Source of the DNA: Myxococcota bacterium
Lineage (GTDB): Bacteria; Myxococcota_A; Bradymonadia; UBA7976; UBA1532
Direction: 5' to 3'
NCBI GenBank assembly: GCA_036337435.1
Contig: JAYZEG010000002.1
Coordinates: forward strand, 1 to 62,202
DNA: 62,202 bases
Shown here: in pieces, positions 17,846 to 27,154 of the stretch
Position numbering within the stretch: position 1 is the first letter of the stretch
Layout of the letters: each line of letters starts with the position of its first letter
Made by a program: the position numbers and the translations under genes
The notes under the pieces: model-generated
Seen by the model: only the letters and a program-made list of their open reading frames with translations
Databases searched by the model: none
Told to the model about the DNA's origin: nothing

Positions 17846-20800
17846 ATGGATAACCGAGATAAAGAGTTAGAGGCCTTAGAAGCGAAACACCTGGACGAAG
17901 CGTCCACTGATGCTCAGCGAAGTCCCATTGATTTCCCCCGGATGATGCGGATTCAGCACCCCAGTTGTCAGGCACTTCCGCAATCTAATGAATGGCTCGA
18001 GCGGCTCTATGCCGGCGACCGAATGCCCCGTGAAAAAAAACCGATGGTGTTCGACCACATGCGGTCATGGGGTCCCTGGATGGTTTCAGTCGACGCCGAG
18101 CCAATGAGCGTTTTGGATGGAATGAGTCAAACGGCGACACTGAATAGTGGATTTGCATCCGATGGAGCCGTTCGCGCGTATTTTGACGGGTCGTTCGACG
18201 GGTTGCTTGTGCGCTCCCCAGACTCCAGCATCATCACCCATCCCATGGCGACTAAATATGCTCATTACCTAGGAGCACAGACGCCCGAAATCGATAAAAT
18301 CGCTTTTACCAATAGCGGCGCCGAAGCGAACGAAAAGGCACTCGCGCTCTGTAAACTCAATGCGAACAATTCGGCGGCCGATACCGTACTTGCTTTCGAA
18401 GGCAGTTTTCATGGGCGCACTCTCCAAGCACTGCACGCCACATGGAACCCCAAAAAACGGACCCCGTATGAACTGGATGGGTTTCGCGCAATTTTCGCGC
18501 CCTTCCCTGCGACCACGTCAACAAAGCCATCCGACGCCGCGGTCGACGCATTACTGCGCGCCTGTGACGTCGGAGATGCCGACGCGATGCAAAACGCCGC
18601 GCAAATTGACCCATGCCTTCAGGAAGAGGCTGATTCGCTCAGGTTCGTAAACGACGCACTTCGTGGTGGCACTATTTATGCCCTCATAATCGAGCCGATG
18701 CAGTCGGAGGGCGGCGATCGGTATGGTGTAGCTCGGTTCTACCAAGCCCTCCGACGTCTGACGCGGTATCATAAGGTTTCGATGATTTTAGATGAAGTGC
18801 AAACCGGCTTCGGCTTGGGTGGACCTTACTCGTGGGGCCTTGGTTATAACCTGGTGGACAAGGACGGCCGTCCAGATAACCCCGATGCAATGACTTGGGC
18901 CAAACGAGCTCAGGTAGGATTCGTCAACAGTCGGTTCATCGATCCAGAACCGACCAGTGCCCACGTCGCATCCATGGTCCGAGGGCTGAGTCATTGTCAA
19001 AGCATAGGTGATGGAGCCCACGCCGCTTGGGTCGAAGAGTATGTCAATCCCAGATTAAACGCCCTACCGAATCTTTACCCAGGTCTGGTTCAGGGCACTC
19101 GACAGCGCGGCTACGCATTCGCCTTTGACCTTCCAACACCAGAGCTGATGTCAGCCTACATCAAACAACGTTTTTGGCGAGGTGCGGTGGTCTTTGCTGC
19201 CGGCACACGAACCATTCGCTATCGACTTTCAGACGCATATGGTGCACGCGAAATCGACCAACTTTTTGAAACCATTCAAAAAAGTCTCGACTGGCTCAGT
19301 GCCAACGGACCCGCGGAGGTTCCCAGCTGGGAAGAGATGGTGGCTGTACGGCCGAAACAGCGCAACGAGATATACAGGACGCGGCCTGTCACAAATGATG
19401 AGAAAGAGGTGGTGCTAGAGACGATCCTGAGGCTCGAATCAGCTGTCTACGAACCGGCTCGACGAGATACGAGAGAGACCCTATCCATTGGTCTCAATGA
19501 CCCCTATGGGGTGGCCATCGTAGCAGAAGTTAAATCACAGGATGGCTGGGTCATCGTCGGCTCCGCATTGGCCGGCCCTTTAGAAGCGTTTCGACAGATT
19601 GAAGGTCCAGACCAGGATCAATATTTGGGTCAGAACAACACCGCTTATTCCATGGCCATCACGATCCACCCCGACCATCAAGGCGCCGGCTTAGGCGCTG
19701 AGTTGAAACAAGCACAACTGAAACAAGCGCGCGCGCTCAAGACGACGGAGGGTGAGAATCGCTATAGGTGGATGACAGGGCGAAACCGCGTAGGGCTTGC
19801 CGATTCGATGACTCACTTGAATCGAATGTTCGGTGCTTACGAGGACGTCACACTGTCAGGCCAGTATGGAGAGCAGGGCGCAAAGGCAATCTATTATCGA
19901 ATTCCACTCCAAGGGTATAAACCAGGCCGTCAAGACCCGATAGACCGTCGCCCTTTTGACTGGAATGGTGTTCTAAGCCAACCGCTCGCAAGCCCACCAC
20001 AGGCACTGGTGGACCTCCGAGATCAGGGCGGTTTATTTGGACCGGCCGTAACTAAGATTACGGTTTGTAATTACATCACGCCCGCCATCGTTCGAGCGGT
20101 CGAATGGGTGACTGCGCTCAACGCGGACTATCCTCATCTATATTTGACATCGTGCCGCGATGAATTGGTCGATAAAACCATACGGACATTGAAGCACCAT
20201 CGAAAAGATGGAGTGGCGGCCATTGGGCTGAAAGGTGGTTACGTTGGACATACGTCCGCTGGCTGCCGCGCTCTCTCGGATCAAGCCGTTCACAGCATGG
20301 GATCAGCCGCGCGTAGCTGGCCACTCGTCGATCATCCAAGCCAAGTGGGTGTGACTCAAATGCTCACACAGCTTGAGCAATCTGTGGCTGAGATCGGGTC
20401 GAAAGAAGCCGTTTTGGGTCTTTTCGTGGAACCTGTCCAAGAGCGAACCGGTGCTGTCTTATCGGACGAGGCTTGGGCCGTCCTAGAACAATTCCGAGCT
20501 GATACGGGCATTCCCATCGTGAGTGTCGAGACAGCCTCGGCTGCGTATCGCTGCCAGACGACCCCATTCGCCACCGACACCGGTCCTGGCAACCCCGATA
20601 TTAGAGTGTGGTGGCCGGGGGGGCAGACTGGATTTATCCATCTTAAGCAGGACTACTTCGTACCCAACCCGTTGACCATGGTCTCGACGTGGGATGGCGA
20701 CGAGCTCAGTATGATTCGTGTCCATTATCAGATGATGGAACTGAGGCGGACGGACAGCAAACCCACCATGACTAGACTGGCTGAATATGTGGATTCACTG

Positions 20801-21025
20801 GCAGGTCGGGGCATAACTGTCCAGGGACAAGGTGCCTACTACGTTCTACACATGGGTGAGCAGGCGAACACCATCATCAATCGCTGTAAGCGTCGCGGTT
20901 TATCACTGCGAGGTTTTAAAAATGGCGGTCTCGTTTTGAGTCCACCCCTCGATATTACAGCTGCGGAATTAGAGGCTGCACTTCGAATTCTAGACAAGGC
21001 CTTAGATGGGACTGATTCGAATTAG
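17846..21025 (+). CDS. Fusion of a class III PLP aminotransferase, a GNAT acetyltransferase and a degenerate second class III aminotransferase module
   Basis: Module 1: SGAEANE, GSFHGRT, EPMQSEGGD, DEVQTG, WAK. GNAT: TIHPDHQGAGLG. Module 2: VEPVQE and STWDGD but no catalytic Lys or Asp. Confidence 0.88.
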   Translation: MDNRDKELEALEAKHLDEASTDAQRSPIDFPRMMRIQHPSCQALPQSNEWLERLYAGDRMPREKKPMVFDHMRSWGPWMVSVDAEPMSVLDGMSQTATLNSGFASDGAVRAYFDGSFDGLLVRSPDSSIITHPMATKYAHYLGAQTPEIDKIAFTNSGAEANEKALALCKLNANNSAADTVLAFEGSFHGRTLQALHATWNPKKRTPYELDGFRAIFAPFPATTSTKPSDAAVDALLRACDVGDADAMQNAAQIDPCLQEEADSLRFVNDALRGGTIYALIIEPMQSEGGDRYGVARFYQALRRLTRYHKVSMILDEVQTGFGLGGPYSWGLGYNLVDKDGRPDNPDAMTWAKRAQVGFVNSRFIDPEPTSAHVASMVRGLSHCQSIGDGAHAAWVEEYVNPRLNALPNLYPGLVQGTRQRGYAFAFDLPTPELMSAYIKQRFWRGAVVFAAGTRTIRYRLSDAYGAREIDQLFETIQKSLDWLSANGPAEVPSWEEMVAVRPKQRNEIYRTRPVTNDEKEVVLETILRLESAVYEPARRDTRETLSIGLNDPYGVAIVAEVKSQDGWVIVGSALAGPLEAFRQIEGPDQDQYLGQNNTAYSMAITIHPDHQGAGLGAELKQAQLKQARALKTTEGENRYRWMTGRNRVGLADSMTHLNRMFGAYEDVTLSGQYGEQGAKAIYYRIPLQGYKPGRQDPIDRRPFDWNGVLSQPLASPPQALVDLRDQGGLFGPAVTKITVCNYITPAIVRAVEWVTALNADYPHLYLTSCRDELVDKTIRTLKHHRKDGVAAIGLKGGYVGHTSAGCRALSDQAVHSMGSAARSWPLVDHPSQVGVTQMLTQLEQSVAEIGSKEAVLGLFVEPVQERTGAVLSDEAWAVLEQFRADTGIPIVSVETASAAYRCQTTPFATDTGPGNPDIRVWWPGGQTGFIHLKQDYFVPNPLTMVSTWDGDELSMIRVHYQMMELRRTDSKPTMTRLAEYVDSLAGRGITVQGQGAYYVLHMGEQANTIINRCKRRGLSLRGFKNGGLVLSPPLDITAAELEAALRILDKALDGTDSN

Positions 21026-21360
21026 CCCTAAAGATCGACCGGTTTGTCGGTGGACGCCACGAGTGACTGGGGGCTTTTTGGAGGGCACCTAGACCGCGGT
21101 GAAACAGTATTTGGTCACGCCCTTCTACGCGTTCGACTATCGAGTAAAGTGAATGTAAGACACCGACCTCAGAACTCTCTCTGTTCATATGGGGCTCAGC
21201 CTGCTGGTGATCTGACAGATGTTCCGGGCGTATGGGCGGCAAAAACCGGACTGAGAAGATACCAAACCCGGGCCCGCAGTCAGTGACTGCGCAGAATCCA
21301 TGTGACATTGAGCGTCTTTCAAGAGATAGTAGCGACAACGAGTCGATCCTGGTTGTTCAC

Positions 21361-21594
21361 ATGCAAGATTTCACGTTTATACGCCTCAAGTGCGTAGGTT
21401 GTCCGTGCCATTTGCGCGTGCCAGCCGAATATGCAGGAAAACAAGTACGCTGTCCGGACGCCAATTGTTCGGCTATTAGCCAAATTCCAGGCCGACATGC
21501 GCTCAATGCACTGACCGATGCCGGGCGCCTCACCTTTTCCGAGCCACCTATGCCAATGGAGGCTACGGCGACAGAAACTGCACCACCGCTCTAG
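21361..21594 (+). CDS. Small zinc-ribbon protein (77 aa)
   Basis: IRLKCVGC..HLRVPAEYAGKQVRCPDANC is a two-knuckle zinc-ribbon pattern. Confidence 0.65.
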   Translation: MQDFTFIRLKCVGCPCHLRVPAEYAGKQVRCPDANCSAISQIPGRHALNALTDAGRLTFSEPPMPMEATATETAPPL

Positions 21595-21650
21595 GGTTGT
21601 TTTACCGGTTCTTAAACGAGACCGAACCCGACGTAAGCACCATCGACAAG

Positions 21651-22274
21651 TCAATTACCATCGACTTCGAACGCCTGATGAAGCAGTGCATTACAATAAG
21701 GAGTCTCTCTATGCTTCCCGCCACGCTGAGCTAGCTTCGGGAGTAAAATCTGTGAAACTCTAAAGCCCAATCGGTCAGCCACGACGTCCATTTCCAAGCC
21801 GGCTTCAATCGTTTGCGGTAGGTCATCAGCGAAAAAAGCGCCTTGCAAATCCCCGAGTTTACCACCTGGATTGCCTTCCATGGAGACGATGGTCGTGACA
21901 GCGTCGATGCAGTCGCGCCGACTGAACGGTTCAACAGTTTTGGTAATCGGGTTTTTATAGGCTGTTAGACATCGAACCAGATAGTCATTTTTACCACACA
22001 GGTCTCGTTGAAAACGCCTTTCTAAGCGCATCCGTTTTATCCATTTACGCTTGGACTGAGTCCCCCCTGAATATTTTCTTCGAACTCGTTTGGGTAGCGT
22101 AATTTTGCCGGCTTTCTCAACAGCTACTTGATTCAGAGAGGGATCAGGCAATGGGCTCTCGACGGTAGAAGATTCATTGGGACTCGGCTTCAAAATCAGA
22201 TTGAAGAGCACCACCGCTAATGCGGCCGCTCCCAAGGCAAGCACCGCCAGACTTTTCGGAGAGTTTAACGCCAT
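21651..22274 (-). CDS. Hypothetical protein with an N-terminal membrane anchor
   Basis: 207-aa ORF with a hydrophobic N-terminus, directly downstream of the Kelch gene. Confidence 0.7.
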   Translation of the reverse strand: MALNSPKSLAVLALGAAALAVVLFNLILKPSPNESSTVESPLPDPSLNQVAVEKAGKITLPKRVRRKYSGGTQSKRKWIKRMRLERRFQRDLCGKNDYLVRCLTAYKNPITKTVEPFSRRDCIDAVTTIVSMEGNPGGKLGDLQGAFFADDLPQTIEAGLEMDVVADRLGFRVSQILLPKLAQRGGKHRETPYCNALLHQAFEVDGN

Positions 22275-22289
22275 ATCGCACGCAATTCG

Positions 22290-23714
22290 CTAATAACAGA
22301 GGTCGGTACAGCCCTCTTGTCCAGTCCGCATACATGCCTCGCCCTGTCCAGCTGGCTCAACCTCAATCCATTGGTCATCTTCAAATGAAAAGCTCCAGGT
22401 ATCGTCAAGGTAGCCACAATCCCCTTTGCCACCGAATAGAATCGCGCGGTGTTCGTCAGGAATTGGCTCGAACATATGATATTGTCTACGCTCCGGACTA
22501 TTGATATCGACCTGAACAAAATCTGGTGGGCATTCACAAAATCGAGTACATCCCTGCCCGGCCCCGGTATCCCCAGCAATAATCCCGCGCCATTGTTGAT
22601 TAACAGTGTCGTACTCCCAGACATCATTTCGATGACCCACATTGGTGTCATCATGCCCAGCAAACATCAAAATCCGTTGGCCCTCAAGATCTTCCACAAG
22701 AGAGGCATTAATCCGAGCATCAGGTCCACGCCCGGTCCCGTCCCAGAGCTGTGTCCAGGTTTCATTTTCGAGGTCAAAACTCCAAAGATCCCGATAGAAT
22801 GGTCCGATAAATGCGTTGGCACCACCACCACCGAATAGCAAGAGCTGTCCATGAGTCGAGTCTATGACCATCTCATGAAATAATCTGGCACGGGGAGCGG
22901 GCCCGTCGACGCGTCGCCAAACAAATGTGTCCAGGTCTAGGATATAGGTGTCGTTCTGCGGAATAAATTCGAGTCCACTGCGTGATGTGGACCCTCCAAA
23001 AAGAATGACCTGATCATTGACATAGTCATAGACCATGGCCGTGTTTGTTCTCGGACTGGGGACATCACCCATGGTCAATCGCTGAGACCACGTGTCCGTG
23101 TTGACGTCGAAAATCCAGAAGTCATTGAACAATTGGTAGAGGCCGGAATTCGCTTGTTCTCGGTACCGACCGCCGAAGAGATAGATTTGTTTTCTGGACC
23201 GGTCGAAAACCATCCGATGACGGCCTCGAGCTCGGGGGGCCACGTCCAGGTTTAAACGGGCCCAATTGTCGTGCTCAAGTGAATAGATCCAGGTGTCACC
23301 TTGAAATCGCTTGGGACCAAAATCCGCACATTCTTCCGGCTGAAAATCATTTCCACCAAAAAGGATGATTCGACGATTACAAAAATCGTATGCTGACGAC
23401 TGCTCACCGCGACCCGTCGGATGGACGCGACCCCCATTGAGTATGGGGAGTAATCGCTCATAGCTAACGTTTGCTTGACATCGGACAGACTCACCCGGAA
23501 AAAGCTCAGTGCCTAGAGTCATATCGGGACTCAACTCTGCATCTTCCGAGTTTACGGTCGTATCTGGAGCAAAACCGCCATCTGCCCCGACACCTCCATT
23601 GGCCACATCGGTTTCGATAATCACAATATCCTGTCCACCGCGCTTCTCGGCGCAGCCGCTAAGTTGAACAGATAGAACTGTCAAAACAGTCAAGGTAAAG
23701 GTGCTGTTCTTCAA
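22290..23714 (-). CDS. Kelch-repeat beta-propeller lipoprotein
   Basis: LSGC lipobox and six repeats of R..H.M.YD....LLFGG...NDTW.FD....W. Confidence 0.9.
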   Translation of the reverse strand: MKNSTFTLTVLTVLSVQLSGCAEKRGGQDIVIIETDVANGGVGADGGFAPDTTVNSEDAELSPDMTLGTELFPGESVRCQANVSYERLLPILNGGRVHPTGRGEQSSAYDFCNRRIILFGGNDFQPEECADFGPKRFQGDTWIYSLEHDNWARLNLDVAPRARGRHRMVFDRSRKQIYLFGGRYREQANSGLYQLFNDFWIFDVNTDTWSQRLTMGDVPSPRTNTAMVYDYVNDQVILFGGSTSRSGLEFIPQNDTYILDLDTFVWRRVDGPAPRARLFHEMVIDSTHGQLLLFGGGGANAFIGPFYRDLWSFDLENETWTQLWDGTGRGPDARINASLVEDLEGQRILMFAGHDDTNVGHRNDVWEYDTVNQQWRGIIAGDTGAGQGCTRFCECPPDFVQVDINSPERRQYHMFEPIPDEHRAILFGGKGDCGYLDDTWSFSFEDDQWIEVEPAGQGEACMRTGQEGCTDLCY

Positions 23715-24076
23715 AATAACTTCTTTCTCTCTCCATCTATTTTAAAAAGGCCATCGTACATTGAGGACAGTATCAAAATTGCGTCCTCGGACAGACCGCC
23801 CTGTGCAGTCTCAACTTACCGATTTTGAATATCAGTACCAAAATTAGCAATATGGCGCGCCCCGCCACCCCCAGTCTAAAAGTACGAGCACGACTCGATT
23901 AAAAGCGCACTAAACTGGTCGCTTGGCTCTTTTTTTAACGCACCCTCGGCCAGCAATATCTGAATTGGAACCACGTTTGGAGCAAAATGTGATCAACATC
24001 GAACAATTCTTCTCTGCGCGAGATAAAGTCGATACAAAAAAATCCATCGGTCATTCTCTATGTTAAGCTTAAGTAG

Positions 24077-26533
24077 ATGACGTTTTGGACGACACTCATG
24101 ACAATCAAAAACAGGATCCAAATTTTGGTCTTGAACATGATGTTCTTGGGCTGTAGCGACTCAAATACGCCCGCGTCGGTGGATCAATTTCGACCTTTAG
24201 TCGATTCGACACTCTCGACTGACCTCGCCATCGATTATGATTTGATCGACGGTGCCCCGGACGATTCAGAAGACGCCACTCTACCATTTCAGGATATGTT
24301 CATGGGCGATTGTCGTTCGAACGCAGAATGCGATGACGGCCTGTTTTGTAATGGCCAAGAGATTTGCTCAAATTACCGATGTTATGCAGCCCCTTCCCGT
24401 CCATGCGACGATGGCATCCGCTGTACGGCTGATAGTTGCTCTGATGAGACCCGCGAATGTCGAAATGAACCTAGCCCAGATCGCTGTCCTGAAAATCATC
24501 TCTGCGACCTGAAATTGGGCTGTTTCCCCATCGTTCCGTGCGAACGGGATGACGATTGTATCGATGGTACCGAATGCAACGGTGAAGAAAGTTGCTTTGA
24601 AGGTCGGTGCACTCCAGGTCAGCCAATTGTCTGCGACGATGATGTCGAATGCACCATCGATGTCTGCGTAGACAGAGACGGCTCCTGCGAGTTTCTACCT
24701 GTCCATGGACGCTGTATTGAAACTCAGCTCTGTGCAGTTGCTGAGGGCTGTGTGGATCGACCTGAGTGCCAGACAAATGACGATTGCGATGACAACTCAT
24801 TTTGTAATGGGGTGGAGACGTGCAATCAAAATACCGGGCAATGTCAACCGGGTGAAGCACCTGAGATCGATGATGGTGTTCCTTGCACAATCGATGTTTG
24901 CAGCGACGTATTTGCGATGGTCTTACACACACCAGCACCGGCTAGATGTTCCGATGGACAGTTCTGCAACGGTGCTGAGGTTTGCCATCCCATCGACGGC
25001 TGCCAAGCAGGTACTCCACCTGCACTATCCGATGGCATTGCTTGTACCCAAGATGTCTGCAATGAGCAGCTAGATATCATCGAGCATCGGACTATTGACG
25101 CCGCATGCGACGATGACCTCTTTTGCAATGGGGAAGAACGCTGCCATCCACAGAGTGGCTGTCAACCAGGCGAACCACCCCAACTTGACGACAACGTCGG
25201 GTGTACAATCGATCGCTGCAGCGAAGTCGAAAGACGGGTCATTCATGTGTCCGAGGACAGTCTCTGCGATGATAACCTCTTCTGTAACGGTGCAGAGCGA
25301 TGCCTGGCCGACCAAGGCTGTATAGCGGGTGTTGCACCACCCGTCGATGATGGCATTCCATGCACAATCGACTCATGCGACGAAAACACCGACCAAATTA
25401 TCCATCGAGTGGATTCAACCGTCTGCGACGATGGCCTTTTCTGTAACGGAGCGGAACGCTGTATCGCCAACGAAGGATGTGCGGTGGGGGCTGTCCCGAT
25501 ACTCGATGATGGCGTTGCGTGTACGGTCGATAGGTGTGACGAAGAGACCGACCAAATAATCCACCAAGCCGATGCATCCCGCTGCGATGACGGTCTTTTT
25601 TGCAATGGCATCGAAGTTTGTGATCTGCGTTTCGGATGCCAAGCAGGCGTGCCACCAGACGTTGATGACAGCGTCGATTGCACAATCGATACTTGCGATG
25701 AGGTGTCGGACCAACTCAGTCATATTCCGTCGAACGATGTATGCAATGATGGACTCTTCTGCAATGGTGTCGAGTTTTGTGACCTCCGACTCGGATGCCG
25801 AGAGGGCATTCCACCGAGTACGAATGACGATGTCGACTGCACAATCGATTCCTGCGATGAAGAACGGGATATGATCGTCAACCGGCCTGACCATACTGTC
25901 TGTTCCAACAATTCTTTTTGCGATGGTACCGAGCAATGTGCCCCCGAAATCGGCTGCCTTCCTGGTCTCGGACGAGCAGACGGCACCCTTTGTGAGGTCG
26001 AACCGCGCTCTCTCTGTATTGCCCAAAATTGCCGGCCCACGGCATGCGGCGATGGATTTACCGACGTCGCTGGCGGCGAGGAATGCGATGATGGAAACCT
26101 GAACGACGCTGACGGATGTAGCTCCGCCTGCCAGACCGAAGGTGCAGGTGGTAACCTCGATCATGCTGGTCTATTTACCATCGACCCCGTAGTTCGGTTC
26201 AGTTGTGGTCTGTTCGGGATCCCCTTGGTGGATGTCCATATCAGTCGCATGGGGTTCGTTGTGGGTGGAGGTCGCCTTGAGGTCTCCGCTAGCCCCGGGC
26301 CCAAACCCCCAACCATGATTGCAAACCCTGCACCCGAGGACAGGAACTTCAGTGTCGTTGGCGTTCATGAAGGCGGCTGTAACGAGATTTATCGGCTATC
26401 GGGCGCCTTTGAGCCTGGTGACAACTCAGTGTGGCGCGGTCGATTGGTCATCGAATTTGAGGGACCCGATTGTGCATTTACAACATGCAATGGCCAGAGG
26501 ACATTTCAGGTCCGAGGTCAGCGTCTTCAATGA
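24077..26533 (+). CDS. Cys-rich repeat surface lipoprotein with a Myxococcus-type (DUF4215-like) repeat and a unique C-terminal domain
   Basis: FLGC lipobox, ten CDDxxFCNG.E.C units, and CGDG...EECDDGN...DGCSSAC. Start may be 24098. Confidence 0.88.
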   Translation: MTFWTTLMTIKNRIQILVLNMMFLGCSDSNTPASVDQFRPLVDSTLSTDLAIDYDLIDGAPDDSEDATLPFQDMFMGDCRSNAECDDGLFCNGQEICSNYRCYAAPSRPCDDGIRCTADSCSDETRECRNEPSPDRCPENHLCDLKLGCFPIVPCERDDDCIDGTECNGEESCFEGRCTPGQPIVCDDDVECTIDVCVDRDGSCEFLPVHGRCIETQLCAVAEGCVDRPECQTNDDCDDNSFCNGVETCNQNTGQCQPGEAPEIDDGVPCTIDVCSDVFAMVLHTPAPARCSDGQFCNGAEVCHPIDGCQAGTPPALSDGIACTQDVCNEQLDIIEHRTIDAACDDDLFCNGEERCHPQSGCQPGEPPQLDDNVGCTIDRCSEVERRVIHVSEDSLCDDNLFCNGAERCLADQGCIAGVAPPVDDGIPCTIDSCDENTDQIIHRVDSTVCDDGLFCNGAERCIANEGCAVGAVPILDDGVACTVDRCDEETDQIIHQADASRCDDGLFCNGIEVCDLRFGCQAGVPPDVDDSVDCTIDTCDEVSDQLSHIPSNDVCNDGLFCNGVEFCDLRLGCREGIPPSTNDDVDCTIDSCDEERDMIVNRPDHTVCSNNSFCDGTEQCAPEIGCLPGLGRADGTLCEVEPRSLCIAQNCRPTACGDGFTDVAGGEECDDGNLNDADGCSSACQTEGAGGNLDHAGLFTIDPVVRFSCGLFGIPLVDVHISRMGFVVGGGRLEVSASPGPKPPTMIANPAPEDRNFSVVGVHEGGCNEIYRLSGAFEPGDNSVWRGRLVIEFEGPDCAFTTCNGQRTFQVRGQRLQ
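24329..25960 (+). repeat. Intragenic Cys/Asp-rich repeat array, 10 units, 159-bp (53-aa) period in the core
   Basis: First-Cys codons at 25265, 25424, 25583, 25742 and 25901 are exactly 159 bp apart. Confidence 0.9.
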
Positions 26534-26970
26534 CACAATGGGTCGGTCCGCTGCATTGTATAGCCATTCTCGGGCTCGTCTCGGGCAGTGCCTGGTGGTT
26601 GCGAAGCCATTTGGAGCGTCCTCCGCCGGTTCGAATTGTCGTGGCCATAACCTGCGGACCCATTCTGGTCCTTGTGGTGGCACTCTTATCTGTCCACGAC
26701 CATGCGCTGGGCCAACCCGTCCAGCAGTGGCTGTTCCCAGGCGCGATGCTCTGTGCATGCTGGCTCTTCGCAGAACATCAACCGAGTAAAATGTGGCTTC
26801 TCGCCGGAATTTGGGTCTGCTCGCTCGGCCTCTCGATGCATTACGCACACATTGTACGGGGCGATACCTGGATCGGTGTCACCCTCACCTACGACGAGTC
26901 AGGTCAGATCATCAACGCCGCATCGGAATGGCACACCCCGGTCAGTGGATTGTACCGTCAGCTCAAATAG
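26530..26970 (+). CDS. Small membrane protein (about 4 TM)
   Basis: ATGA overlap with the preceding stop codon. Hydrophobic segments. Confidence 0.6.
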   Translation: MTQWVGPLHCIAILGLVSGSAWWLRSHLERPPPVRIVVAITCGPILVLVVALLSVHDHALGQPVQQWLFPGAMLCACWLFAEHQPSKMWLLAGIWVCSLGLSMHYAHIVRGDTWIGVTLTYDESGQIINAASEWHTPVSGLYRQLK

Positions 26971-27154
26971 GGGTGAACCGCCGAGGACACGGCCGCGACG
27001 CTGTGAACGACAACAAAGCGATCAGCTGAGGCAAGCGAAGTATAGACGCGACAGAACAAATACAATCTGTTATACTCCGCGCGCACGACGTTATGGTGCG
27101 ATGCACTGCGCGTTTTCTGATGCCAAGTACATCGTGCGGAGAATCGAGGTTGGA

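Noticed and set aside
24329..25960. Regularly spaced repeats as a possible CRISPR array
   Set aside because: They are in-frame 159-bp protein repeats with synonymous divergence, no repeat-spacer structure and no cas genes.
26672..27154. 161-aa N-terminal extension of the 870-aa ORF
   Set aside because: It overlaps the 26530..26970 gene. The RBS and lipoprotein signal point to ATG 27155.
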